From positions 1 to 28,942 of the IMG/VR virus record IMGVR_UViG_3300035670_001003: 28,942 nucleotides of DNA; one strand, written 5' to 3'. The position numbers were made by a program, and so were the translations under genes. Position 1 is the first letter of the stretch. The number at the start of each line of letters is the position of its first letter. Shown here one piece after another: positions 19,087 through 26,343 of the stretch. The notes beneath the pieces are model-generated. The model was not told the origin of the DNA. It did not search any database and worked only from the letters and a program-made list of their open reading frames with translations. This stretch comes from a virus (lineage: Duplodnaviria > Caudoviricetes).

Positions 19087-19461
19087 ATGACCGTCGAGGC
19101 TGTTGTCCTGCTTGTTGTTGCCGTCAACGCTGCCGTCTGCGCAGCCGTTCCCGCCGAGGTAAAGGCAAAGTCCCCGCGGCTGTGGGCGTTGCTCGACGCG
19201 CTTGCGCTGAACGTCCGTCACGCTACCAACCGTCTGCAGAACGGCGCGACGTGGCAGCAGGCCGTGTCCGCTGCCGTCGTCGGTGTCGCGGTCGCGGTCG
19301 CCGCAACGTCGGGCGGCCACGCACCTGCACCCGAAGCCGTGCCCCAGACCGTCGCGGATGCACCCGCAGCGTTGCCCGCCGACGTCTCGCCTTGCGCGGT
19401 ACCGTCCGACGCAACCGTTGCTGCCGAGCCTGCCGACGCCACCGCCGCCGAGGTGCAGTGA
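19087..19461 (+). CDS. Membrane protein in lysis cassette (second holin-like)
   Basis: Two hydrophobic segments, 'LLDALALNVRHATN' motif, Pro/Ala/acidic tail. Confidence 0.55.
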   Translation: MTVEAVVLLVVAVNAAVCAAVPAEVKAKSPRLWALLDALALNVRHATNRLQNGATWQQAVSAAVVGVAVAVAATSGGHAPAPEAVPQTVADAPAALPADVSPCAVPSDATVAAEPADATAAEVQ

Positions 19462-19640
19462 TGCGCGCGGTGTTGTGTGCCGTCGCGGCGCTATGTATCG
19501 GATGCGGGCCGACGCAATGCAAGCGCGTGCCTATTCTTATCTCTTCGCACCCGACGGCACCGAAGCCTGCGGGTCGTGTCACGGTCGGATGTGACGGGCG
19601 GGTGCTCGTCGACATCGAAGCCGAAAAGGTCGAATACTAG
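19461..19640 (+). CDS. Small lipoprotein (possible spanin component)
   Basis: MRAVLCAVAALCIGC signal peptide with lipobox-like CIGC; 59 aa; TGATG coupling. Confidence 0.6.
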   Translation: MRAVLCAVAALCIGCGPTQCKRVPILISSHPTAPKPAGRVTVGCDGRVLVDIEAEKVEY

Positions 19641-19649
19641 GGGGTTGCT

Positions 19650-19886
19650 ATGTCCGAGGAAATGATCGCCCAAATCGCCGCCGCTGTTGAAGCCGTCGCC
19701 GTCCTTGCCGAAGAGGGCGCCATTCCCGCCGACGTTGCCGACGCCGTCGTCGCAGCGCTTGAGGCTGCCGCCGCCGCCGAGGGTGACGCGGGCTTGAAGG
19801 CTGCCGAGGCGCTGCTCGAGGCCGTTGCCATGCTCATGGAGGACGGTGAAGAGGAAGCCGTCCCCGCCGAAGAGGCCGCCGCGTGA
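19650..19886 (+). CDS. Very acidic Ala/Glu-rich small protein
   Basis: 78 aa, 19 D/E versus 1 K and no R; GGGG RBS-like sequence. Confidence 0.7.
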   Translation: MSEEMIAQIAAAVEAVAVLAEEGAIPADVADAVVAALEAAAAAEGDAGLKAAEALLEAVAMLMEDGEEEAVPAEEAAA

Positions 19887-20128
19887 GCCTGGCACATTTG
19901 GCAAAGCGCGAGGCTGGCGGCGCGGTACGGGCGATGGCTGACAACGAGTCCATCGTCGATCGCTTATCGCTGGTTGTGCTGCCGTACGCTGTCGACCTCG
20001 GCGTCGCTCCCGATGTCGCCCGACTGCTTGTCCGCGCCATCGCCGCTTCTGCGGTTGGTATCATGCGGGAGATCGAGACCGAGCGCGTGGCGGCGGGTAC
20101 GGTGCAGCTCCTCGACGAGCGCGGCTAG
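19883..20128 (+). CDS. Hypothetical protein
   Basis: GTGA overlap with the previous gene; 81 aa; last gene of the + arm. Confidence 0.65.
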   Translation: MSLAHLAKREAGGAVRAMADNESIVDRLSLVVLPYAVDLGVAPDVARLLVRAIAASAVGIMREIETERVAAGTVQLLDERG

Positions 20129-20245
20129 TTGGCGCTTCAACAGCTCCACCTCGTCGCATAGTTGCCGCACGGGCATTGCCAGTTCGTGGCGGTAGGATCG
20201 TGACGCCATGCCGCGCCATCTCGTCAGATCGTAAGGTCTCAACAT
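19964..20245 (-). CDS. Hypothetical protein (coiled coil), last gene of - arm
   Basis: GGAGG RBS, ATG overlapping the MTase end; 'VRQLCDEVELLKRQL' coiled coil; 93 aa; 3' end overlaps the + gene 19883..20128. Confidence 0.45.
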   Translation of the reverse strand: MLRPYDLTRWRGMASRSYRHELAMPVRQLCDEVELLKRQLAALVEELHRTRRHALGLDLPHDTNRRSGDGADKQSGDIGSDAEVDSVRQHNQR

Positions 20246-20781
20246 TCTTTGCCTCCAAGCCAAGCAACCTGTGTCGGCTGGCCTTTGCGTTTGTAGCTCC
20301 ACGTGACCCACATATAGTCCGCGCTGTCGGTGCCGTTCGCGGTAAATGATGGACGTTGCGACAGGATGCAAATCGACGACGGTGGATTGCGTTCCCAAAA
20401 CTCCTTGCGTTTCTTGCCGGCAAGCATCGCCAAACGCACGAGGAAGGCTGCGTTTTCTGCTTCGCGACAGGCTTTTTCCATCCATTCCAACGCGTTGGCA
20501 AACGGTGGATTGCAGATGATGCTTTCGCCTCTCCATGAAAACGCAAGACCGTCGCCGATATGACACATGCCAGGACATTGCGCAGCAAGATCGGGTTGTA
20601 TTTCGATGCCGCGAGCGCAGCCGCCGGCCCGTTCGATTGCACGCAACAACTGTCCGTTGCCCGCGCATGGGTCCAGCGTAAAGCCTGCCCCAAATGTCTT
20701 GATCGCAACATTTGCGCACCAATCAGGCGTCGGATAAAAGTCCAATCCAGCCCTTTGCGTTCCTCTATTTGTCGAGCTCAC
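20239..20781 (-). CDS. Orphan DNA N6-adenine (amino) methyltransferase
   Basis: DFYPTP, motif I LDPCAGNG, motif IV IICNPPF; GTG start overlaps the upstream stop. Confidence 0.9.
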   Translation of the reverse strand: MSSTNRGTQRAGLDFYPTPDWCANVAIKTFGAGFTLDPCAGNGQLLRAIERAGGCARGIEIQPDLAAQCPGMCHIGDGLAFSWRGESIICNPPFANALEWMEKACREAENAAFLVRLAMLAGKKRKEFWERNPPSSICILSQRPSFTANGTDSADYMWVTWSYKRKGQPTQVAWLGGKEC

Positions 20782-20900
20782 GGCACCTCCCCATCCCCAT
20801 ACGGATCCGATACCTCGCCTGCACCCGCGTCCGCGCTCGGGGTCACAGGGTCGGCGACGCAGGCCGACAGCAATAGGCAGAGCAGAACGACCAGCCTCAC
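20778..20900 (-). CDS. 40-aa lipoprotein
   Basis: MRLVVLLCLLLSAC canonical lipobox LSAC; coupled by GTGA overlaps on both sides. Confidence 0.65.
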   Translation of the reverse strand: MRLVVLLCLLLSACVADPVTPSADAGAGEVSDPYGDGEVP

Positions 20901-21208
20901 AGCGACCTCGCCAGACGCAGCACCCTCGCCGCGTAGTGTTTGCCACAGGTACCGCGCAGACCGCCCCAACCGCAGTTGTACGCGGCCAGTGCCCTGGCCC
21001 AGTCGTTGCCGCCTTGGCGGTACCAGTACCGCAGCAGCCGCTCGCCCTCGCGGCGGTTTGTCGCAGGGTCATACAGCTCGTCGGGCGTGCAGTGCGCCCA
21101 CCGCGTGCAGACCTGCATCAGACCGCGAAAGCAGCCGCTGGTGGCAGTCGGCACGCCGCGCGACTCGACCCAGATCACGGCAGAAATAATGGCCTCTATA
21201 CCTGGCAT
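20897..21208 (-). CDS. Soluble lytic transglycosylase (SLT/GH23-like)
   Basis: Catalytic VES, GLMQ and ALAAYN motifs; GAGG RBS. Confidence 0.9.
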   Translation of the reverse strand: MPGIEAIISAVIWVESRGVPTATSGCFRGLMQVCTRWAHCTPDELYDPATNRREGERLLRYWYRQGGNDWARALAAYNCGWGGLRGTCGKHYAARVLRLARSL

Positions 21209-21343
21209 GTGTCCTCGTCTGTGCCTGACGTCGCGGAGCCGCTTGGAAAGCTCGTTTGCGCCCGTCAGGCTGTCGCGCCCACCGTGGGCGTCGATTGTGT
21301 CTGCACGGTATCGTTGCCGATGTTATCGTGCAGGGTCGGTTGA

Positions 21344-21700
21344 TTACGGCGCTGCCTCCAGTGCGGCGACGAGCGCTTCAGCTTCGGTCTTTCCATGTGC
21401 CAATGCTCCGCTCGCAGCGTCGACATACCACATGTCTCCGTCGCGACTGGACGCAAGCCACAGACGAAAGCCGTATGCCTCCCGCACCAACGCCAGCATG
21501 CAGCCCAGCGTTGCGGGGTCGTCGATGTCGGGCAACATATCATCTCGCGGAACACATGCATCATGCGGCCCGTTTTGTTCGTGCTGATGAAACTTGCCAG
21601 TCCATCTATAAGCATACCCGTGTGGACACATAGATCGCATCCCCGGCATCCACCGCCATCGCTTGCAGGCCACGGCCCGCTTTGCTAATTCCACGTTCAT
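21344..21700 (-). CDS. Conserved phage hypothetical protein
   Basis: GGAGG RBS; 'WRWMPGM', 'PDIDDPATLGCMLALVREA' and 'TEAEALVAALEAAP' motifs that I recognise from uncultured phage proteins. Confidence 0.75.
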   Translation of the reverse strand: MNVELAKRAVACKRWRWMPGMRSMCPHGYAYRWTGKFHQHEQNGPHDACVPRDDMLPDIDDPATLGCMLALVREAYGFRLWLASSRDGDMWYVDAASGALAHGKTEAEALVAALEAAP

Positions 21701-21806
21701 CGTTTCCTCCGTCCCCGCCGTGCGATGCCGACACCTTGCCGACACCGCAGGCGGGACACATCCCCGCAGTTGATTGCCGCCTAAAACAGCGATCTGGCTG
21801 AGATTG

Positions 21807-22148
21807 CTACGGGGCGATCGGCGCGCTCGACGCCGTCGGCTTGCACCAACCGCACCGCAGGCATTTGCCCGCGGGGGTGTAGACGTGTTTGGCGCCTGCT
21901 GTGCACGGCTGCACGGGCTTGGGCTTGCCGTTGCCTTCGCGGCGGGTCCAAGCTTTGTAGTGTTTCCAGCACATTTGACGGGCGATCGTGTTCGGTTCGC
22001 CACACACGATGCAAGACGGCTTGACGTGCTTGGGGTGTTGTTCCACCGTGCGGTGGTATCGGGCGTGGGCATAGTGCGCCGCGCACAGACCGCGAGTCTT
22101 TGCTTGTTTTTCGCAATTTTCGCGGCTGCACGGTTTTGGATCTTTCAC
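21807..22148 (-). CDS. Cys/His-rich multi-zinc-finger protein
   Basis: Two C..C...C..HY units (GLCAAHY, MCWKHY) plus C..H..CxxC; GTGA-coupled start. Confidence 0.7.
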   Translation of the reverse strand: MKDPKPCSRENCEKQAKTRGLCAAHYAHARYHRTVEQHPKHVKPSCIVCGEPNTIARQMCWKHYKAWTRREGNGKPKPVQPCTAGAKHVYTPAGKCLRCGWCKPTASSAPIAP

Positions 22149-22300
22149 CACGGCACCACCTCGCACTTCCCGTTTGCCACGGCCTCGACCACGCACCACA
22201 CACCGAGCCGCAGACACTCGGAGCTGCCCGCGCAAACGATTGCCAAGCCTTCTGTCGCCTCGATGCTGTAAAGCCAAACCGCCAAGCCCGCCCAAAACAT
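22145..22300 (-). CDS. Small hypothetical protein
   Basis: 51 aa; GGAGG RBS with TGA-G-ATG junction. Confidence 0.5.
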   Translation of the reverse strand: MFWAGLAVWLYSIEATEGLAIVCAGSSECLRLGVWCVVEAVANGKCEVVPW

Positions 22301-22301
22301 C

Positions 22302-22526
22302 TCAGGCCTCCGTTGCGCGCACGACTGCCGCGACACGCTCGGCGTCTTTGTGGCTTGCCCACGCATCCAAATCCGCGAGCAGCTCGGGCAGCGTCAACCG
22401 GTACCGAAAGATGCGCTCGCCGCGCGCGGTCACGCCTTCGGCGGTCCACGCATCGCCGTGCGCCAAAGCCGTGATCGACAGGCTCACGAAATGCGCAGAC
22501 ACATATTGCAGAGTCACAGCTTCCAT
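22302..22526 (-). CDS. Hypothetical protein
   Basis: 74 aa, GAGGAG RBS. Confidence 0.65.
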   Translation of the reverse strand: MEAVTLQYVSAHFVSLSITALAHGDAWTAEGVTARGERIFRYRLTLPELLADLDAWASHKDAERVAAVVRATEA

Positions 22527-22547
22527 CGTCTTTGTCTCCTCGGACGG

Positions 22548-23153
22548 CTAGGCGTCCGTCTGTCCTGTTTCGATTTGCGCAGCCGCCCAAGCAACCGCCA
22601 AAGCCGCGCGAGCGTGCGGCAGGCCGTGCAACAGCCCCAACACGCCAGGTTCCGAGCCTTTCACCGCCCGACGGTCGGCGACACCGCGTCCGCCGTGGAG
22701 CTCGACAAGCACCGCCCACACGCCCGCATCGCCGCGCACGTCCTCGCCCATCTCCCGCGACAGTTCGCGCGTCACGGCCCGACGTTCGATGGCGTACAAG
22801 GGCCGCACAAAGTCCCACCCCTGCACGTCGACGCGGTACACGCCGCCTTGAAGCTGCTGCGTTTCCGCGGGCAAGGGCGCACGACCGCCGATTGCGTGCC
22901 ACAAGGCGCCGAACTGCTCGATGGTGTCGGCGAGCTCGTTGCCGCCGTGGCTGTAAATGCGCGGGCGTTCGATCGCGAACGCGTCGCACATGCCCGACTG
23001 CAGCAGCCTGCGGCAATGCTCGACCGTCTCGGCAACGCTGCGGTATTGAGCCGCATCGGTTACCTTGCCGGCCGCGCTGTCGTACACGCACAGCCCGACG
23101 GTTTTGCCTGGGTCGATACCTGCCACTCGCAGGCCTTGTGCGAGCGCAATCAC
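22548..23153 (-). CDS. RuvC-like Holliday junction resolvase (RNase H fold)
   Basis: VAGIDPGKTVG and FAIERP acidic motifs; GTG start overlaps the SSB stop. Confidence 0.7.
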   Translation of the reverse strand: MIALAQGLRVAGIDPGKTVGLCVYDSAAGKVTDAAQYRSVAETVEHCRRLLQSGMCDAFAIERPRIYSHGGNELADTIEQFGALWHAIGGRAPLPAETQQLQGGVYRVDVQGWDFVRPLYAIERRAVTRELSREMGEDVRGDAGVWAVLVELHGGRGVADRRAVKGSEPGVLGLLHGLPHARAALAVAWAAAQIETGQTDA

Positions 23154-23590
23154 CACGGCACCTCGTCGGGGTCGGCAGGGCGGGCGAACTCGGCGCGCTT
23201 TGCAGCGTAGTCTTTCGCGGACGGCGGCTTTGCTTCGCGGTCGTCGCGGTACGCTTCGCCGCTGCTGTGCTTCGTCGCTGCGACATAAAACCACACTTTA
23301 TCGCTGCGCTTCTTGCCTTCTTTGTCGGTCCACTCGTCGGTGCCGCCGTAGGTCTCAAAGGTGATCAGGTCATCTTTCTGCGGGTTGAGCTTGGCGAGCT
23401 CGGGCTGTTTGGCCGCAAAGCACTTGATGCGGTACCAACTGCTCGGACGGTAGTTGCCCGTGGTCTTGTCTTTGCCGTGCGACACTCGCACCGTCACGAC
23501 TACAGGGCCGTTGCCTGTCGGTGCCGCGACTTCGTACACGCGGCCTGTGATGCGTGCGGACACACCTTGCATTGGTTCTTGCGTTTGCAT
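23150..23590 (-). CDS. ssb: Single-stranded DNA-binding protein
   Basis: ITGRV, WYRIKCF, EWTDKEGKKR and acidic C-terminal DPDEVPW. Confidence 0.85.
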   Translation of the reverse strand: MQTQEPMQGVSARITGRVYEVAAPTGNGPVVVTVRVSHGKDKTTGNYRPSSWYRIKCFAAKQPELAKLNPQKDDLITFETYGGTDEWTDKEGKKRSDKVWFYVAATKHSSGEAYRDDREAKPPSAKDYAAKRAEFARPADPDEVPW

Positions 23591-23591
23591 C

Positions 23592-23804
23592 TCACCACCT
23601 CTTGCGGTTCGGGTTTGGTCCTGGGACGACAGTCAACCCCAGAAACTTGCATCGTTGCAGCACACAGGCCGACGACAAACCGATCTTCTGCGCCACCATT
23701 GCGACGCAATCTTGTTTGCTTTTGGGCCGATGCGGATCCGCGTTCAGTTCTGACACGGCCCGCGCTGTTTCGCGGATCTGTTCTGCTGTCAGTTTTGCCA
23801 CCAT
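23592..23804 (-). CDS. Small HTH-like DNA-binding protein
   Basis: 70 aa; VAQKIGLSSACVLQRCKFLGL fits a helix-turn-helix pattern; basic C-terminus. Confidence 0.55.
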   Translation of the reverse strand: MVAKLTAEQIRETARAVSELNADPHRPKSKQDCVAMVAQKIGLSSACVLQRCKFLGLTVVPGPNPNRKRW

Positions 23805-23807
23805 CTA

Positions 23808-24023
23808 TCACCCCACCCACGAACCGCAGGAAAACGACGACAACAAAGGACCATGCTTTTGCAGCCCTTTGACGTTGTCCAAAGCCTCGGCGATTGCTTC
23901 TTTTACGTCGTGCGATTGCGTTTCTGTCGCTTGACCGTTTGGCATTTCTGCCAAAACTGTCCAACATTCATTGTCCCATGTGACCGACACGGCGCAGCAA
24001 ACGTATTGCAGTTCCGTAAGCAT
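23808..24023 (-). CDS. Hypothetical protein (weak HicB-like N-domain pattern)
   Basis: 71 aa; GGAGG RBS; beta-beta-beta-alpha pattern AEMPNG..TQ...KEAIAEALDNVK. Confidence 0.55.
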   Translation of the reverse strand: MLTELQYVCCAVSVTWDNECWTVLAEMPNGQATETQSHDVKEAIAEALDNVKGLQKHGPLLSSFSCGSWVG

Positions 24024-24024
24024 C

Positions 24025-24507
24025 TCAGGCCTCCTCGGTGACGAACGGCTCGAGGTCGTCGTCGGTTGCGGTGTCGGGTTGCGCAGCTGTTGCCGTGCCC
24101 GTCGGCTGCAGCACCCACCGCAGCTTGTTGCGCTTCGCGGGCTTCCACTCGACTGGCAGCGGCCTGTCAATGTCTGGCGACCCGTAGACACGGATGCAGG
24201 CCTCGCCGCGGCGCAGCGGCATGACGTCGGCCGTGGCGTACAATGTGACGCGCTTGCCGATCCACTGCCGCACGTCGCTGCCGAACATCGCCCGCAGTGA
24301 AATGCCGTTGATTTTGGCCAGCACAAGCCGCTTTTGCTTGTTGACGAACGATACCAAGACCTTGTCTTCGACACCCTTGTCCCCTTCCAGCTGCTCGATG
24401 ACGACGCTTTCGATCTGGGCCGTGGCTTTGGCGTTGCCGAGGTCCGCGGCCTTCAAAAACCGACCAGGGAACAGGGCGTCGAAACTTTCCACAATGCGCG
24501 CTTCCAT
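24025..24507 (-). CDS. Conserved phage OB-fold-like protein (putative ssDNA binding/annealing)
   Basis: FPGRFLKAADL, RLVLAKING, WIGKRVTLY, CIRV motifs and an acidic tail; follows the exonuclease. Confidence 0.7.
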   Translation of the reverse strand: MEARIVESFDALFPGRFLKAADLGNAKATAQIESVVIEQLEGDKGVEDKVLVSFVNKQKRLVLAKINGISLRAMFGSDVRQWIGKRVTLYATADVMPLRRGEACIRVYGSPDIDRPLPVEWKPAKRNKLRWVLQPTGTATAAQPDTATDDDLEPFVTEEA

Positions 24508-24508
24508 C

Positions 24509-25399
24509 TCAGAAACCCTCCAGATCCGCGCCGTTGTCCGCGGGGTCGTCGCGCTGCAGGTAAGCAGGCAGGTTGCACAACACAGCCTCGGGATATGCGC
24601 CGTGCGCGGGCATGCCTTCGGAGCTCCACAGGTGGAACAGGTCGATCGCTTCTTGCGCCTCTTCGAGCGCGTAGTCGAACGCGTCAACGTCCAGCTCCAA
24701 CACCATCACATCATGCGGCGCCGTCGACTGGATGACCACCCACCCCATGCGATGCACAGGCTGTCCCGCTGCCTCAAGTCCGCGGAAGTACCACCCCAGT
24801 TGCCCGAGGTACTTGCGCGACAGTGCTTCGCGCATGAAGGCCTGCGGGGTGAACCGACCTCGAGGCGCCCACGTCTTGACGTCCAGCAAGAGGCCGTTGC
24901 CCCACGCATCGACGCAGGCCTTGCAATCCACTGTGTTGACCGTATCTGGATCGCCTGAAATTCCAACCACGGACTTTGTTTTCAACACCGACAAGTTTTC
25001 CTTCCATCTGAGCACGTGTTCGCGGTGGTGGGCTGACGCCAACCACTCCTTGGCGCCTGCGTGTTCGGCGAGGTGCTTGCACACAGTGTCGATCGCGATG
25101 CGCTGCGCAGGCGTCAGCACGATTGCATCCGCGGGCAAAGTGCCGATCCAGTCCTTGGCGGCCTTTGCGGTCGAAAGAAGGCCCGTTGCCGTGAGATATT
25201 CCGGCGGGGCGGTGATGAGCTCGACGGCGGCGCGCTCGGGCTCGAGAACCGCCATGTGCACGGCGGTACCGAAGGCCATCGCAGGCGTCTCGGACGGCGG
25301 GTTGTCGACGGCGTGACGGTACGCGCGCGGGCTTTCCAGCACGTATTTGAGGCGCGACCAGTTCAAGCCCGGAAGTTCGTGGTAAGTGTCGATTGGCAT
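24509..25399 (-). CDS. PD-(D/E)XK exonuclease (RecE/ExoVIII, DUF3799-like)
   Basis: YHELPGLNWSRLK, AMAFGTAVHMAVLEP, CKACVD, LLDVKT, Y.GQLGWY; AAGGAG RBS. Confidence 0.9.
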   Translation of the reverse strand: MPIDTYHELPGLNWSRLKYVLESPRAYRHAVDNPPSETPAMAFGTAVHMAVLEPERAAVELITAPPEYLTATGLLSTAKAAKDWIGTLPADAIVLTPAQRIAIDTVCKHLAEHAGAKEWLASAHHREHVLRWKENLSVLKTKSVVGISGDPDTVNTVDCKACVDAWGNGLLLDVKTWAPRGRFTPQAFMREALSRKYLGQLGWYFRGLEAAGQPVHRMGWVVIQSTAPHDVMVLELDVDAFDYALEEAQEAIDLFHLWSSEGMPAHGAYPEAVLCNLPAYLQRDDPADNGADLEGF

Positions 25400-25439
25400 T
25401 GTGTCTCCTTTGTTCGCGGTGCTTTCCGCGTCTGTGTCA

Positions 25440-25467
25440 AGTCTAGCTGATCGCTGGACGGTGTCAA
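25440..25467 (-). promoter_or_regulatory. Sigma70-type promoter for recombination operon
   Basis: TTGACA-N16-TAGACT on the - strand upstream of the exonuclease RBS. Confidence 0.7.
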
Positions 25468-25470
25468 GCG

Positions 25471-26343
25471 TTACAACAGCATCGCGCCGATTTCCGCGAG
25501 CGCGTGCACCAGGTACCGGCCTGCGCAGTGGGCGTGGCTGCAGTGGAACACGGCGGCGCCGTCGGTCGAGGTCTCCCACAGCACGGTGTCTGCGCTGCGG
25601 GCCTCGAAATCCTTCTGCGTGTGCTCATGTATCCACGGACAGAGAATTGCGTGCTTTCCGTAGGCAATCTCGCGACCGTACAAGCCCGACTCGCGAAACG
25701 CCCGCAGCGCATCGACGTTCCGCCACCACGACACCGTTGCCTCTTGCGTCGCCAGCCGTTGTCGCGGCGGCGCATCGGCCACGGGCAGCTCGTGCACGTC
25801 GCGCAGGATGTCGGCAAGCTTGTAGGTGCCGCACGTGCCCGCGTGGATTGTCACCTGCCGCCGAGGCTCGCGCTTGCAGTGCCAGAACCCCGCAACCCGC
25901 ATGACCCGCGCGAGGTCGTGGACCACAGGGTCGGAGCCGTAGTGCGCGGCTAGCCTCTTCTGCGCGCGGGCGAAACCGTCAAGCGGGCAGTCGTCAACAA
26001 GCCAGTACCCGTGGGGACCGCTGCCCGATGCGACCGTGAAGCTTGGCGGGACGTGCCACGTCGGCTCGACCGCGTGATCAAAATCCACGAACAAAGCGCG
26101 CACGGCTTGCACGTTCGCGGATTTGCGGCCGTTTCCGTCGCAGGCGTTGACCGCGGCGAACACTCCCGAGCCGTCGAGGTTGGCGCGCAGGAGCTCGCCG
26201 CCGACTTCGGCCAACGTCCCGTGCAGGATGCGGGCTTTGCGCGGGTCCCGCTCGGCGGTGTCGTCGAACAGTTGCCATGTCATGGACGCGTCGGGATCGC
26301 CGGCAACAAGCGACACCCAAGACCTTGCGTCCTGCACCTTCAT
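25471..26343 (-). CDS. RepB-type (AEP superfamily) DNA primase with C-terminal Zn-binding domain
   Basis: VRALFVDFD (DxD), SGSGPHGYW, DLARVMRVAG; C-terminal CPW..EH and FHCSHAHC; ATGA overlap with the helicase stop. Confidence 0.85.
   Translation of the reverse strand: MKVQDARSWVSLVAGDPDASMTWQLFDDTAERDPRKARILHGTLAEVGGELLRANLDGSGVFAAVNACDGNGRKSANVQAVRALFVDFDHAVEPTWHVPPSFTVASGSGPHGYWLVDDCPLDGFARAQKRLAAHYGSDPVVHDLARVMRVAGFWHCKREPRRQVTIHAGTCGTYKLADILRDVHELPVADAPPRQRLATQEATVSWWRNVDALRAFRESGLYGREIAYGKHAILCPWIHEHTQKDFEARSADTVLWETSTDGAAVFHCSHAHCAGRYLVHALAEIGAMLL

Noticed and set aside
21209-21320. In-frame open extension upstream of the SLT ATG that might supply a signal peptide
   Set aside because: No start codon before the in-frame TAA, and the translation is hydrophilic.
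21781-23872. 525-aa (-) and 446-aa (+) Arg/Ala-rich ORFs
   Set aside because: Off-frame products overlapping a chain of well-coupled genes (SSB, RuvC-like and others) that have clear motifs.
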